Assembly (NCBI GenBank): GCA_963840855.1 | Contig: CAWJBB010000079.1 | Location: 96,001-160,000, forward strand | DNA from: an uncultured delta proteobacterium | GTDB taxonomy: Bacteria > Desulfobacterota > Binatia > UBA9968 | DNA: 64,000 nucleotides | Direction of reading: 5' to 3' | In this document: positions 25,617-34,207 of the stretch, piece by piece | Layout of the letters: each line of letters opens with the position of its first letter | How positions within the stretch are numbered: position 1 is the first letter of the stretch | Made by a program: the position numbers and the translations under genes | Notes under the pieces: generated by a model | Seen by the model: the letters and a program-made list of their open reading frames with translations, nothing else | Databases searched by the model: none | What the model was told of the DNA's origin: nothing

Positions 25617-27323
25617 ATGCCCAGAATGGGAAGGGCTAAAGACATAACCCGCAGGCAATTTCTAACCTACTCCGGCGCCGCTGCGGCAGGGTTGATGCTC
25701 GACGCCCAACGGCCGCAAACAACCCGGGCGGCGCAGAAAAAAACCAAAAACATCGTTTTCATCGAAGCCCGGCCGATGACGGCGTTCACCAAACTGGGGG
25801 TACGCAGAACCGAGGTTGTCGGCGGCCTCACCATGTCCGCGCTCGTGACGGCGACGAATTGGAAAACGCAGCACGAGCCGCTCCTCGCCACGGAGGTCCC
25901 GTCATTAGACAAGGGCACCTGGGAACTGCTCAAGGACGGACGCATGCGCACGGTTTGGCAGCTGCGTAAGAATATCAAGTGGCACGACGGAGCTGATTTT
26001 TCGGCGCAGGATTATGTCTTCGGGTGGCAAGTCGCGCTGGACCCAAGTGTAAATTACCGCACGCGGACCTTCGAGCAGAAGATGGAAAGGGTCGAGGCGC
26101 CGGATCCCTATACCCTCGTGCTCACCTGGAAAGACAGTTTCCCCCTTGCCAATGAGCTCTTCCAGGGCAATTTCTTTCCGCTGCCGCGCCATCTGCTGGA
26201 GAAGGATTATCGGAAAGATCCCAAAGGTTTTAATCGCCTTCCTTACCACACCTCGAAGTTCGTCGGCTTGGGCCCTTACAAGGTCGTCGATTGGCGCCAG
26301 GGCAATCAGATTCTGCTCGAAGCCTTCGATCAGTACTTTCTAGGCCGGCCAAAGATCGATACCATCACCTGGAAGTCTATCGAGGACGACAACGCCGTGG
26401 TCGCCAATATACTTGCCGGCCAGGGCCATTTCTCGGTGCGCGCAATGGACGTCGAGCAGGGACTAGTCTTGCGCGAGCAGTGGGAAGGCAAAGGACAGGG
26501 AAAAGTGTATTTCACCTCGGCGGGTCTTGCCCGCATCGCGCCGAGCACGATTTCCGAGCCCTGGCTCAAAGATATTCGAGTGCGCCGCGCCCTGCTCCAT
26601 GGCATCGACCGGGAGACCATGGTCAAAACCCTCTTCAAGGGCGCCCAACCGGTGGCGCACAGCCTCGCGGCCGAGCGTCACGTGAACGTGTGGCCGCTGG
26701 TGAAGGACAAGCTTCGACGTTACGCTTACGACCCAAACCTTGCGGCGAAATTGCTCCAGGAAGCGGGCTGGAAGAAGGGCTCGGACGGCGTCCTAGTCAA
26801 CGACAAGGGCGAGAGATTTGCCGTTCGCTTCGAGGTGGCCTCGGACAACACAGTGGAAATCAACGTTCAGGCGGTAGTGAGCGATTACTGGAAAAAAATC
26901 GGCGTAATGGCGACTCCGGCGAACGAACGCGATCGCATCCTTAACGACCCCGATCATCGCAATCGCTGGAAGGGGTTGCGCTACACCAGGCATAATCTCG
27001 AACTCGATGACCTCTCCGAGCAATGGCATAGCCGAGCCACGCCCAAGCCGGAAAATCAATGGATTCAACAGAATGAAAGCGGCTGGAGCGGCGCGGACGA
27101 TCTCATCGACCGATGGGAAAAAGAGCTGCGCGCCGAACGGCGCAACCAGCTGCTGGCGGAGATCGCCATTCGCTTTGCCGAGCAGATTCCGGTGCTGCCG
27201 CTCTACAACTACACGGAGATCGTCACGGTCCACAAAGGGCTGCAAAAGGCCGGGCCGCGCCTCGGCACCGGCGGCGACAATGCGGCGTCGTGGAACGCCT
27301 TTGAATGGGACTTTATTGAATAG
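25617..27323 (+). CDS. Peptide/nickel-type ABC substrate-binding protein (family 5), Tat-exported
   Basis: TRRQFL Tat motif; LRKNIKWHDG..FSAQD, GLGPYK, VRRAL.HGIDR. Confidence 0.9.
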   Translation: MPRMGRAKDITRRQFLTYSGAAAAGLMLDAQRPQTTRAAQKKTKNIVFIEARPMTAFTKLGVRRTEVVGGLTMSALVTATNWKTQHEPLLATEVPSLDKGTWELLKDGRMRTVWQLRKNIKWHDGADFSAQDYVFGWQVALDPSVNYRTRTFEQKMERVEAPDPYTLVLTWKDSFPLANELFQGNFFPLPRHLLEKDYRKDPKGFNRLPYHTSKFVGLGPYKVVDWRQGNQILLEAFDQYFLGRPKIDTITWKSIEDDNAVVANILAGQGHFSVRAMDVEQGLVLREQWEGKGQGKVYFTSAGLARIAPSTISEPWLKDIRVRRALLHGIDRETMVKTLFKGAQPVAHSLAAERHVNVWPLVKDKLRRYAYDPNLAAKLLQEAGWKKGSDGVLVNDKGERFAVRFEVASDNTVEINVQAVVSDYWKKIGVMATPANERDRILNDPDHRNRWKGLRYTRHNLELDDLSEQWHSRATPKPENQWIQQNESGWSGADDLIDRWEKELRAERRNQLLAEIAIRFAEQIPVLPLYNYTEIVTVHKGLQKAGPRLGTGGDNAASWNAFEWDFIE

Positions 27324-27344
27324 GTCAGACAAACGGATTGAACG

Positions 27345-28481
27345 ATGACAAATAACCAGCTTGAGCAGGAGATCGTCGCAGTCCGCACCGACGATGGCCA
27401 CGCCCTCGATGGCCTGCTCGTGTGGGATGCTCAATCAAGGCCAAGGGGCGCAACTCTAAGCATGCATCCCGATGGCTCGGGGCTCAAGCACTTTGAGCTC
27501 GAGCCGCTGGCCCGGCAAGGATTTCTGGCGCTCAGGCTAAAATCCCGCTTTGCCGGCAACAACTCGACTATGACCATGGAAGAAATCATGCTCGACATTG
27601 CCGGCGGAGTTAGGTTTCTGCGCGAGCGCGGCTGCCAAAAAGTCGCTCTGTTCGGGCACAGCGGCGGCGGCCCGCTCATGGCTTTTTACCAGAGCCAGGC
27701 CGAAAGCCCCACCGTCAAATCTACGCCGGCCGGCGATCCGCCGGACCTCACCAGAGCGGCGCTGCCACAAGCCGATGGTATCATCATCACCAATTCCCAC
27801 TTGGGGAGACATGTCGAATTCACCCAACGGATCGACCCCTCGGTCACTGACGAGTCTGACCCGTTCTCGCTGGACCCATCGTTGGACATGTACAATCCGG
27901 CAAATTACGAAATTAAGAATGGCGGGGTAGTCTATTCTCCCGCCTTCTTGGAGACCTATCGCAAGGCGCAGCGGGCCCGTTGCGATCGCATCGCCGATTG
28001 GGCGCGCGCCAAACTTCAACAGGTCAAAGAAAGAGCGCACAAGGGTATCCACGATTTGCCCTTCGTTCTGTATCGAACCATGGCCAACCCGAGGTTCTTA
28101 GACCGCGTGAATTTCAAATCCGGCATGCGCACCGGGACTCTATGGGGGGATCCCTACACCCTCAACTATACTGCGCAGCGGGGCCGCGAGGGACCTTTCA
28201 TAACGCTCAAATCTTGGTTCTCGCATCTTTATTACGCCACAGCCAACGCCGACACCCTGCGCCATATCGCCCTAGTCAAAGCGCCGCTACTAGTGCTCGG
28301 AGGAACGGCGGACCACGGCGGGGATCTTTCAGGGGCAGTCTACCAGGCGGCCACGACCACGGACAAAAAACTTGAGTATGTTGAAGGAGCGAGCCACTGG
28401 TTCGAGAGCAGCCCCGAGCATCTGCAGCAAGCCATGGCAATCACTTCTGATTGGTTGAGAGCGAGGGGGTTTAGTCAATAA
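27345..28481 (+). CDS. Alpha/beta hydrolase
   Basis: Nucleophile GHSGGG, acid GTAD, histidine GASHW. Confidence 0.88.
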   Translation: MTNNQLEQEIVAVRTDDGHALDGLLVWDAQSRPRGATLSMHPDGSGLKHFELEPLARQGFLALRLKSRFAGNNSTMTMEEIMLDIAGGVRFLRERGCQKVALFGHSGGGPLMAFYQSQAESPTVKSTPAGDPPDLTRAALPQADGIIITNSHLGRHVEFTQRIDPSVTDESDPFSLDPSLDMYNPANYEIKNGGVVYSPAFLETYRKAQRARCDRIADWARAKLQQVKERAHKGIHDLPFVLYRTMANPRFLDRVNFKSGMRTGTLWGDPYTLNYTAQRGREGPFITLKSWFSHLYYATANADTLRHIALVKAPLLVLGGTADHGGDLSGAVYQAATTTDKKLEYVEGASHWFESSPEHLQQAMAITSDWLRARGFSQ

Positions 28482-28506
28482 GGGGGATTTTCTTTTGGGG
28501 TAATCT

Positions 28507-29631
28507 ATGTACCGCAGCGTCTTTGACACGGAACTGCAGAGTGAGCTGGTCACCCTCAAGTCCCAGGACGGCGCTCGCATCAACGGCACGCTGGTCTGGA
28601 AGGGAGACAAGCGACCTACCACTGGGGTCCTCTCGATGCATCCTGCCAGCCACGGATTGCGCCACTTCAGCATCGAAGGGCTGGGCGAGGTGGGGTTGGC
28701 GGCATTGCGGCTGCGCTCGCGCTTCGCCGGAGACGATAGCACGCTGATCATGGAAGAGATTATGTTGGACATCGCCGCGGGCGTCAAATTTCTGCGCGAT
28801 TGGGGCTGCCGCAAAGTTGTCCTGTTCGGCCACAGTGGCGGCGGCCCGCTCATGAGTTTTTACCAGAGCCAGGCCGAAGCCCCCACTGTGAAAGCCACGC
28901 CGGCGGGCGATCCACCGGACTTAACGACGGCCGCGCTGCCGCAGGCGGACGCGCTCATCACTTCGGGCGCTCATTTGGGAAGACACCAATCCCTGGCCGA
29001 GCGCATCGACCCCGCCGTTGTCGACGAAAACGATCCATTCGCAACCGACCCCGATCTCGACATGTTTAACCCCACCAATGGACCACCATACTCAAACGAA
29101 TTTTTATCGCGCTATCGTAACGCGCAGGCAGCGCGGCAAAAAAAAATCACGGCTTGGGCGATACTAAAATTGGCAGAATCGCAAAAGCGCAATCATCCTG
29201 TAACCAGGGACCTGCCCTTTATCGTCTGGCGCACGGAGGCGGACCCGCTCTATCTCGATCTTTCCATTGAGCCTAATCGGCGCAGCCGCGGTAATAACCG
29301 GGGCGACGATACTTTCGCGCTCAACTACGCGCCCAAGGCCCAGGGGCGTTTCAGCTCGCTCCGATCGTGGCTTTCCCAATGGGGAAGCACCACCTCCAAC
29401 GCCGATACCTTAAAACACATCGCTCGCATCAGCGTTCCGCTGCTTATCACCCAGGGGACGGCGGACCGCTCGCCCATGAGCCGCGCCACGCGGATTTTTG
29501 AGGCGGCTGGAACGAAGGATAAATCACTCTACTGGGCAGAAGGCGCAACCCACTACTACCGGAGACAAAAGGAAGTCTTGCTCGAGACCTGCCGGCATAT
29601 CCTCGAATGGTTGAACGCGCGCGGCATGTAG
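28507..29631 (+). CDS. Alpha/beta hydrolase (tandem paralog)
   Basis: GHSGGG, GTAD, GATHY; strong similarity to the 27345 protein. Confidence 0.88.
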   Translation: MYRSVFDTELQSELVTLKSQDGARINGTLVWKGDKRPTTGVLSMHPASHGLRHFSIEGLGEVGLAALRLRSRFAGDDSTLIMEEIMLDIAAGVKFLRDWGCRKVVLFGHSGGGPLMSFYQSQAEAPTVKATPAGDPPDLTTAALPQADALITSGAHLGRHQSLAERIDPAVVDENDPFATDPDLDMFNPTNGPPYSNEFLSRYRNAQAARQKKITAWAILKLAESQKRNHPVTRDLPFIVWRTEADPLYLDLSIEPNRRSRGNNRGDDTFALNYAPKAQGRFSSLRSWLSQWGSTTSNADTLKHIARISVPLLITQGTADRSPMSRATRIFEAAGTKDKSLYWAEGATHYYRRQKEVLLETCRHILEWLNARGM

Positions 29632-29739
29632 ACGCGTGGCGCTTTGCCCTCCCGGGGAGTAGTAGCGCGCGCGGCGGGACAGCGCAATCAAATCCGTAAT
29701 GGCAGGTTGACGTATCTCTCGCTCGTTCTTTGAGGACTC

Positions 29740-30708
29740 ATGATCCACTATATCGTGCGCCGTTTGTTGCAGATGATCCCGCTCCTCTTCTTCCTTTCGC
29801 TCCTGATATTCGCCGCCCTGACGAGCATGCCCGGAGATCCACTGCGGAGCATGCTTGAGGAGCTTCCCAAGATGACCCCTGAGGAATATCAACGCTTGCG
29901 CGAACTTTACGGCCTGGACGATCCGATTCATATCGGCTACCTCAAATGGCTCTGGCAAGTACTGAACGGCAATTTTGGCTATTCTAAGGAATACCATCTG
30001 CCGGTGTGGGAATTGATCGGCGGACGGCTCTGGAACACGCTCATTCTTACCGTTACGGCGTTTGTCCTTGGCAAGACGCTCGCCATCGTGATTGGCGCTT
30101 ATTCCGCGCGCCATCCCTACTCGCTGCTCGACTACGGTGCCATGGGGTTTGCCTTCTTCGGTTTCTCTGTTCCAGGCTTTTGGTTGGGGCTCACGCTCAT
30201 CATTGTGTTTTCCGTCTATCTCCAGTGGTTTCCCGCGAGTGGCGTAGCAAGCGCTCATCTGGCGGGGAGCGGCTGGGAGATTTTTCACGATCGGGCGCAA
30301 CATCTGGTATTGCCGGTGGTCACACTGGCAGTCTCTGAGACTGCCTCGACGACTCGATACATGCGCTCGAGCCTGCTGGAAGTCGTTCGCCAGGACTACA
30401 TCACCAACGCGCGCTCAAAAGGACTCAGCGAGCAAACGATTCTCGTTCGCCACGCGTTGAAAAACAGCATGATCCCGGTGGTCACGGTGAGCGCGCTTTC
30501 TTTGGCTCGCCTCATCGGCGGCTCGACGGTAATTGAAACCGTATTCGGCTATCCGGGCATGGGTAAGCTTCTCTTTGACTCCATCATGGGCAGCGATTAC
30601 CCCCTCGCCATGGCCATTCTCCTGCTCATGTCGTTATTCGTCATCTTCGCCAACTTGATAGCGGATGTTCTCTACGCCTGGCTGGATCCGCGCATTCGCT
30701 ACACGTAA
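29740..30708 (+). CDS. Peptide ABC permease (DppB/OppB family)
   Basis: YIVRRLL..IP, DYITNARSKGL, RHALKN, LDPRIRY. Confidence 0.92.
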   Translation: MIHYIVRRLLQMIPLLFFLSLLIFAALTSMPGDPLRSMLEELPKMTPEEYQRLRELYGLDDPIHIGYLKWLWQVLNGNFGYSKEYHLPVWELIGGRLWNTLILTVTAFVLGKTLAIVIGAYSARHPYSLLDYGAMGFAFFGFSVPGFWLGLTLIIVFSVYLQWFPASGVASAHLAGSGWEIFHDRAQHLVLPVVTLAVSETASTTRYMRSSLLEVVRQDYITNARSKGLSEQTILVRHALKNSMIPVVTVSALSLARLIGGSTVIETVFGYPGMGKLLFDSIMGSDYPLAMAILLLMSLFVIFANLIADVLYAWLDPRIRYT

Positions 30709-30725
30709 CGGAAGATGAAAACAGA

Positions 30726-30800
30726 GTTCAAAACAGTTCAAACTATTTAAACCGTTTGAACAGAGCGAAGCGATTGAACAGAGCGTAAGCGGTTGAACGG
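30726..30800. repeat. GTTCAA/TTGAAC periodic palindromic element
   Basis: gttcaaaaca-gttcaaacta-tttaaaccg-tttgaacagagcgaagcga-ttgaacagagcgtaagcgg-ttgaac, between the two permease genes. Confidence 0.7.
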
Positions 30801-30819
30801 TTCGCGTCTGACGCGCTAA

Positions 30820-31737
30820 GTGATGATGCAGTCAAGCCTCGGCATTGAAGGACCGGAGTTTATTCACGTGGCCGTCGCGGCGCGCGCGACGGGCTATTGG
30901 GCTGGGGTCTGGAGACGCTTTAAGAAACACCGCCTGGCGATGGTCTCTTGGTATTTTTTGCTCACTCTGGTCGTCGCAGTCGTCGTCGTCCCTGAGATCC
31001 TTCCCTATCGCTACGATCAGGTTTCGCTCCAGGAGCGCTTTCTTCCGCCTTCCTGGCATCATCCTTTTGGTACCGATGAGCTGGGGCGCGACGTCTTCAC
31101 CCGGGTTCTTCATGGTGGCAGGGTCTCTCTGGCCGTAGGATTTAGCGTTGCGCTCAGCAGCATGCTCCTGGGCGGCTTCGCTGGTTGCGCCAGCGGTTAC
31201 GTTGGCGGTGCCGCCGATAATCTCATGATGCGCGTGGTCGATATTGCCCAGAGTTTGCCGCGCGTTGCCGTTCTGCTCGTGCTCTCGAAGGTTCTTGGCG
31301 GCGGCATGTTCAACCTGATCATGGTTCTGGTATTGCTGGAATGGACCGATGTGGCGCGCCTCGCGCGCGGCGTGGTCCTGAGCGTCAAAGCCCAGCCGTA
31401 CATCGACGCGGCGCGCGCCGGCGGGATTTCAGATGTACGGATTCTTACCCGCCATCTGCTGCCCAACACCATGGCGCCGCTCATCGTCTCCGCCACCCTC
31501 GATGCGGGACGGGCGATCCGTTCGGAAACGACGCTGAGTTTTTTGGGCTTGGGAATTGCTCCGCCACTGTCGAGTTGGGGCAATCTTCTCAGCAACGCCT
31601 CGGCGTATTACTTTACCGCCCCGCTGCTGGTTTTCATCCCGGGTCTGTTCATTTTCGTCACGCTGCTCAGCTTCAATCTCCTGGGTGACGGGCTCAGGGA
31701 CGCGATGGATCCGCGCTTCGCCGGAAAGGAAGATTAA
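30820..31737 (+). CDS. Peptide ABC permease (DppC/OppC family)
   Basis: HPFGTDELGRD, RHLLPN, FNLLGDGLRDAMDP. Confidence 0.92.
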   Translation: MMMQSSLGIEGPEFIHVAVAARATGYWAGVWRRFKKHRLAMVSWYFLLTLVVAVVVVPEILPYRYDQVSLQERFLPPSWHHPFGTDELGRDVFTRVLHGGRVSLAVGFSVALSSMLLGGFAGCASGYVGGAADNLMMRVVDIAQSLPRVAVLLVLSKVLGGGMFNLIMVLVLLEWTDVARLARGVVLSVKAQPYIDAARAGGISDVRILTRHLLPNTMAPLIVSATLDAGRAIRSETTLSFLGLGIAPPLSSWGNLLSNASAYYFTAPLLVFIPGLFIFVTLLSFNLLGDGLRDAMDPRFAGKED

Positions 31738-32804
31738 TGGCATCTCGAGTTGAGAGTCCAACCCGAGATCTGAAACCGGAAAATCGCAACTTGACTATGA
31801 GCCTGCTCCAGGTACGCAACCTCACCACTCATTTTTACACTGCGACCGGTGTCGTGCGCGCCGTCGACGGTGTCAGTTACGATCTTGAGGAAGGCGAGAC
31901 CATGGGGCTCGTTGGCGAAAGCGGCAGCGGCAAAAGCGTCTCAGCGCTGTCCGTGATGCGCCTCGTTCCCGATCCGCCGGGGCGCATCGTCGCAGGCGAA
32001 GTCATCTTTCGGGGCAGCGATCTGCTCAAGCTCGGCGCCGAAGAGATGCGCCGCATACGCGGCCGCGACATCAGTATGATTTTTCAGGAGCCATCGACAT
32101 TCTTAAACCCCGTCCTCACCATCGGCCGGCAGATCACGGAAGCGATGGAACTTCACTTGGGCCTGAACCGCGCGGCGTGTCGCGAGCGCGCCCTAGAGCT
32201 CTTGGCGAAGGTCGGCATCCCGGACGGCGAAAGCCGTCTGTCGGATTACCCGCATCAGTTTAGCGGCGGCCAGCGCCAAAGGGTGATGATCGCCGCGGCG
32301 CTTAGCTGCCGGCCCAAACTTCTCCTCGCCGATGAACCGACGACGGCATTGGATGTAACGATTCAGGCGCAGATTCTCGATCTGATCAAGCAACTCACCC
32401 GCGAGTTCGGCACGTCGGTCATTTTGATCACCCATAACTTCGGCATCGTGGCGCGTTACGCCGATCGCGTCAACGTCATGTATGGAGGCGAGATCGTCGA
32501 AAGTGCCACGGCCCGGGAAATCTACCGAAACCCGAGGCATCCTTACACTTGGGGTCTGCTCGAATCGGTGCCCCGGCTGGACCGCCAGGTCGACGGCGAA
32601 CTCAGGACCATTGAAGGTCAGCCTCCGGACCTTAGAGTTGCGAAGCAGGGCTGCAATTTCCGCCCGCGCTGTCCCTGGGCGGTGCGCCACTGCGCCATCG
32701 AACAGCCGCCCTTACAAGAGATCGCCGTGCGCCATACTTCAGCCTGTTGGGAGAGCGAGCGGGTCGGTGGTTTAGCACCCGAAGCGGCTGGGCCTCGGTC
32801 ATGA
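31737..32804 (+). CDS. Peptide ABC ATP-binding protein (DppD/OppD family)
   Basis: GESGSGKS, YPHQFSGGQRQR, DEPTTALDVT, C-terminal Cys motif. TAATG overlap with the upstream gene. Confidence 0.93.
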   Translation: MASRVESPTRDLKPENRNLTMSLLQVRNLTTHFYTATGVVRAVDGVSYDLEEGETMGLVGESGSGKSVSALSVMRLVPDPPGRIVAGEVIFRGSDLLKLGAEEMRRIRGRDISMIFQEPSTFLNPVLTIGRQITEAMELHLGLNRAACRERALELLAKVGIPDGESRLSDYPHQFSGGQRQRVMIAAALSCRPKLLLADEPTTALDVTIQAQILDLIKQLTREFGTSVILITHNFGIVARYADRVNVMYGGEIVESATAREIYRNPRHPYTWGLLESVPRLDRQVDGELRTIEGQPPDLRVAKQGCNFRPRCPWAVRHCAIEQPPLQEIAVRHTSACWESERVGGLAPEAAGPRS

Positions 32805-33784
32805 ATTCTCCAGAAGTCTTACTCGACGTAAGCAACTTAAAAATGTATTACCCGGTGAACCGGGGTATCGTCTTCCAGCGCGCCAAGGGCGAGTTGAAAG
32901 CCGTCGACAATGTCAGCCTGACGATCAATCGCGGCGAAGTGCTGGGCTTGGTTGGCGAGACTGGTTCCGGCAAGACCACCGTCGGCAGATGTATTTTGCG
33001 TCTGCAGCTGCCCACGGCGGGAGAAATTTACTTTGCCGGGCGCAATCTCCTGGCGCTCCATGGCCGAGAGCTCAGAAAAATTCGCAAACAGATGCAGGTC
33101 GTCTTTCAGGACCCTTATAGCTCCCTCAACCCGCGCATGAGCATAGGTAACATCGTCGGCGAACTACTGATGGTTCATAGGGTGGTTTTTGACAAAAAGG
33201 CATACCGGGAAAGAACTGCCGAGCTTTTTACCGCCGTCGGTCTGGACCCGGCATTATTCGATCGTTACCCCCATGAATTGAGCGGCGGCCAGCGCCAGCG
33301 CGTGGGCATCGCGCGCGCGTTGGCCCCCAGACCAAGCTTCATCGTGTGCGACGAGGCCGTGTCGGCGTTGGATGTTTCCATTCAGGCGCAGATCTTGAAT
33401 CTGCTGATGAAACTAAAAAAGCAGTACGCGCTCACCTATCTTTTTATCGCCCACGACTTGGCGGTTGTGAAACATATGAGCGATCGAGTGGCGGTCATGT
33501 ATCTGGGGCGAATCATGGAACTCGCCTCGAAGAAAGATCTCTACGAGAATCCCCTGCATCCCTACACCCAAGCCCTGCTGGCGGCTGTTCCCATCCCCGA
33601 TCCGGTGCTCGAAGCGAAGCGCGCACGGGTGCCGCTCAAAGGCGAGATTCCGAGTCCCATGCATCCGCCGAGCGGCTGCGTCTTTCATCCGCGCTGTCCC
33701 ATCGCCGTCGAGGAATGCCGGCGCGTGGTGCCTGAGCTCCGTGATATCGGCAGCGGGCGCTCGGTGGCCTGTATCCGGGCATAA
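32801..33784 (+). CDS. Peptide ABC ATP-binding protein (DppF/OppF family)
   Basis: GETGSGKT, YPHELSGGQRQR, GCVFHPRCP. ATGA overlap with the upstream gene. Confidence 0.93.
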   Translation: MNSPEVLLDVSNLKMYYPVNRGIVFQRAKGELKAVDNVSLTINRGEVLGLVGETGSGKTTVGRCILRLQLPTAGEIYFAGRNLLALHGRELRKIRKQMQVVFQDPYSSLNPRMSIGNIVGELLMVHRVVFDKKAYRERTAELFTAVGLDPALFDRYPHELSGGQRQRVGIARALAPRPSFIVCDEAVSALDVSIQAQILNLLMKLKKQYALTYLFIAHDLAVVKHMSDRVAVMYLGRIMELASKKDLYENPLHPYTQALLAAVPIPDPVLEAKRARVPLKGEIPSPMHPPSGCVFHPRCPIAVEECRRVVPELRDIGSGRSVACIRA

Positions 33785-33977
33785 CCTTCGATTTTAAGCC
33801 AGCTCTTTGAACCCAGATTCCGCAGTTGCGATTGACGCAAAGAGCGAGGCGCAATCCTTCCGTAGCGAAGTCAATGGGTCTCTGCCCCACGGGCTCTGAG
33901 CCTGGTCGAAGGGCGACCGGAGGTTTTTTAGTGCCACGCTGGTCGACAATTGCGCAATAGCAAGTTAACAAAGGTTA

Positions 33978-34008
33978 CACCTGCGTATCCCATCGTATAC
34001 ACAGGGTG
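33978..34008. promoter_or_regulatory. Inverted repeat, candidate enhancer-binding-protein site
   Basis: CTGCGTAT-N8-ATACACAG (7/8 complementary), about 100 nt upstream of a sigma-54 motif. Confidence 0.4.
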
Positions 34009-34106
34009 CTCATGCTAAGCGCTCAAGTCTGAGCCGATTCGTAATTTTTAGCATTGATTTCTGCCCACTAACGCAGGCATGCGTGATATGTTCGCTGACG
34101 CGCGGA

Positions 34107-34122
34107 TGGCACATTCATTGCT
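34107..34122 (+). promoter_or_regulatory. Sigma-54 (-24/-12) promoter
   Basis: TGGCAC-ATTCA-TTGCT matches the TGGCAC-N5-TTGCW consensus, 85 nt before an ATG with an AGGAGG RBS. Confidence 0.8.
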
Positions 34123-34207
34123 GTATAAAAAGTGATTGACGGCTTCACCGCGCAATTTGCTGCGATAAACTTTGTCGTAAATTATATTCCCGAATAGGAG
34201 GCAGTAT

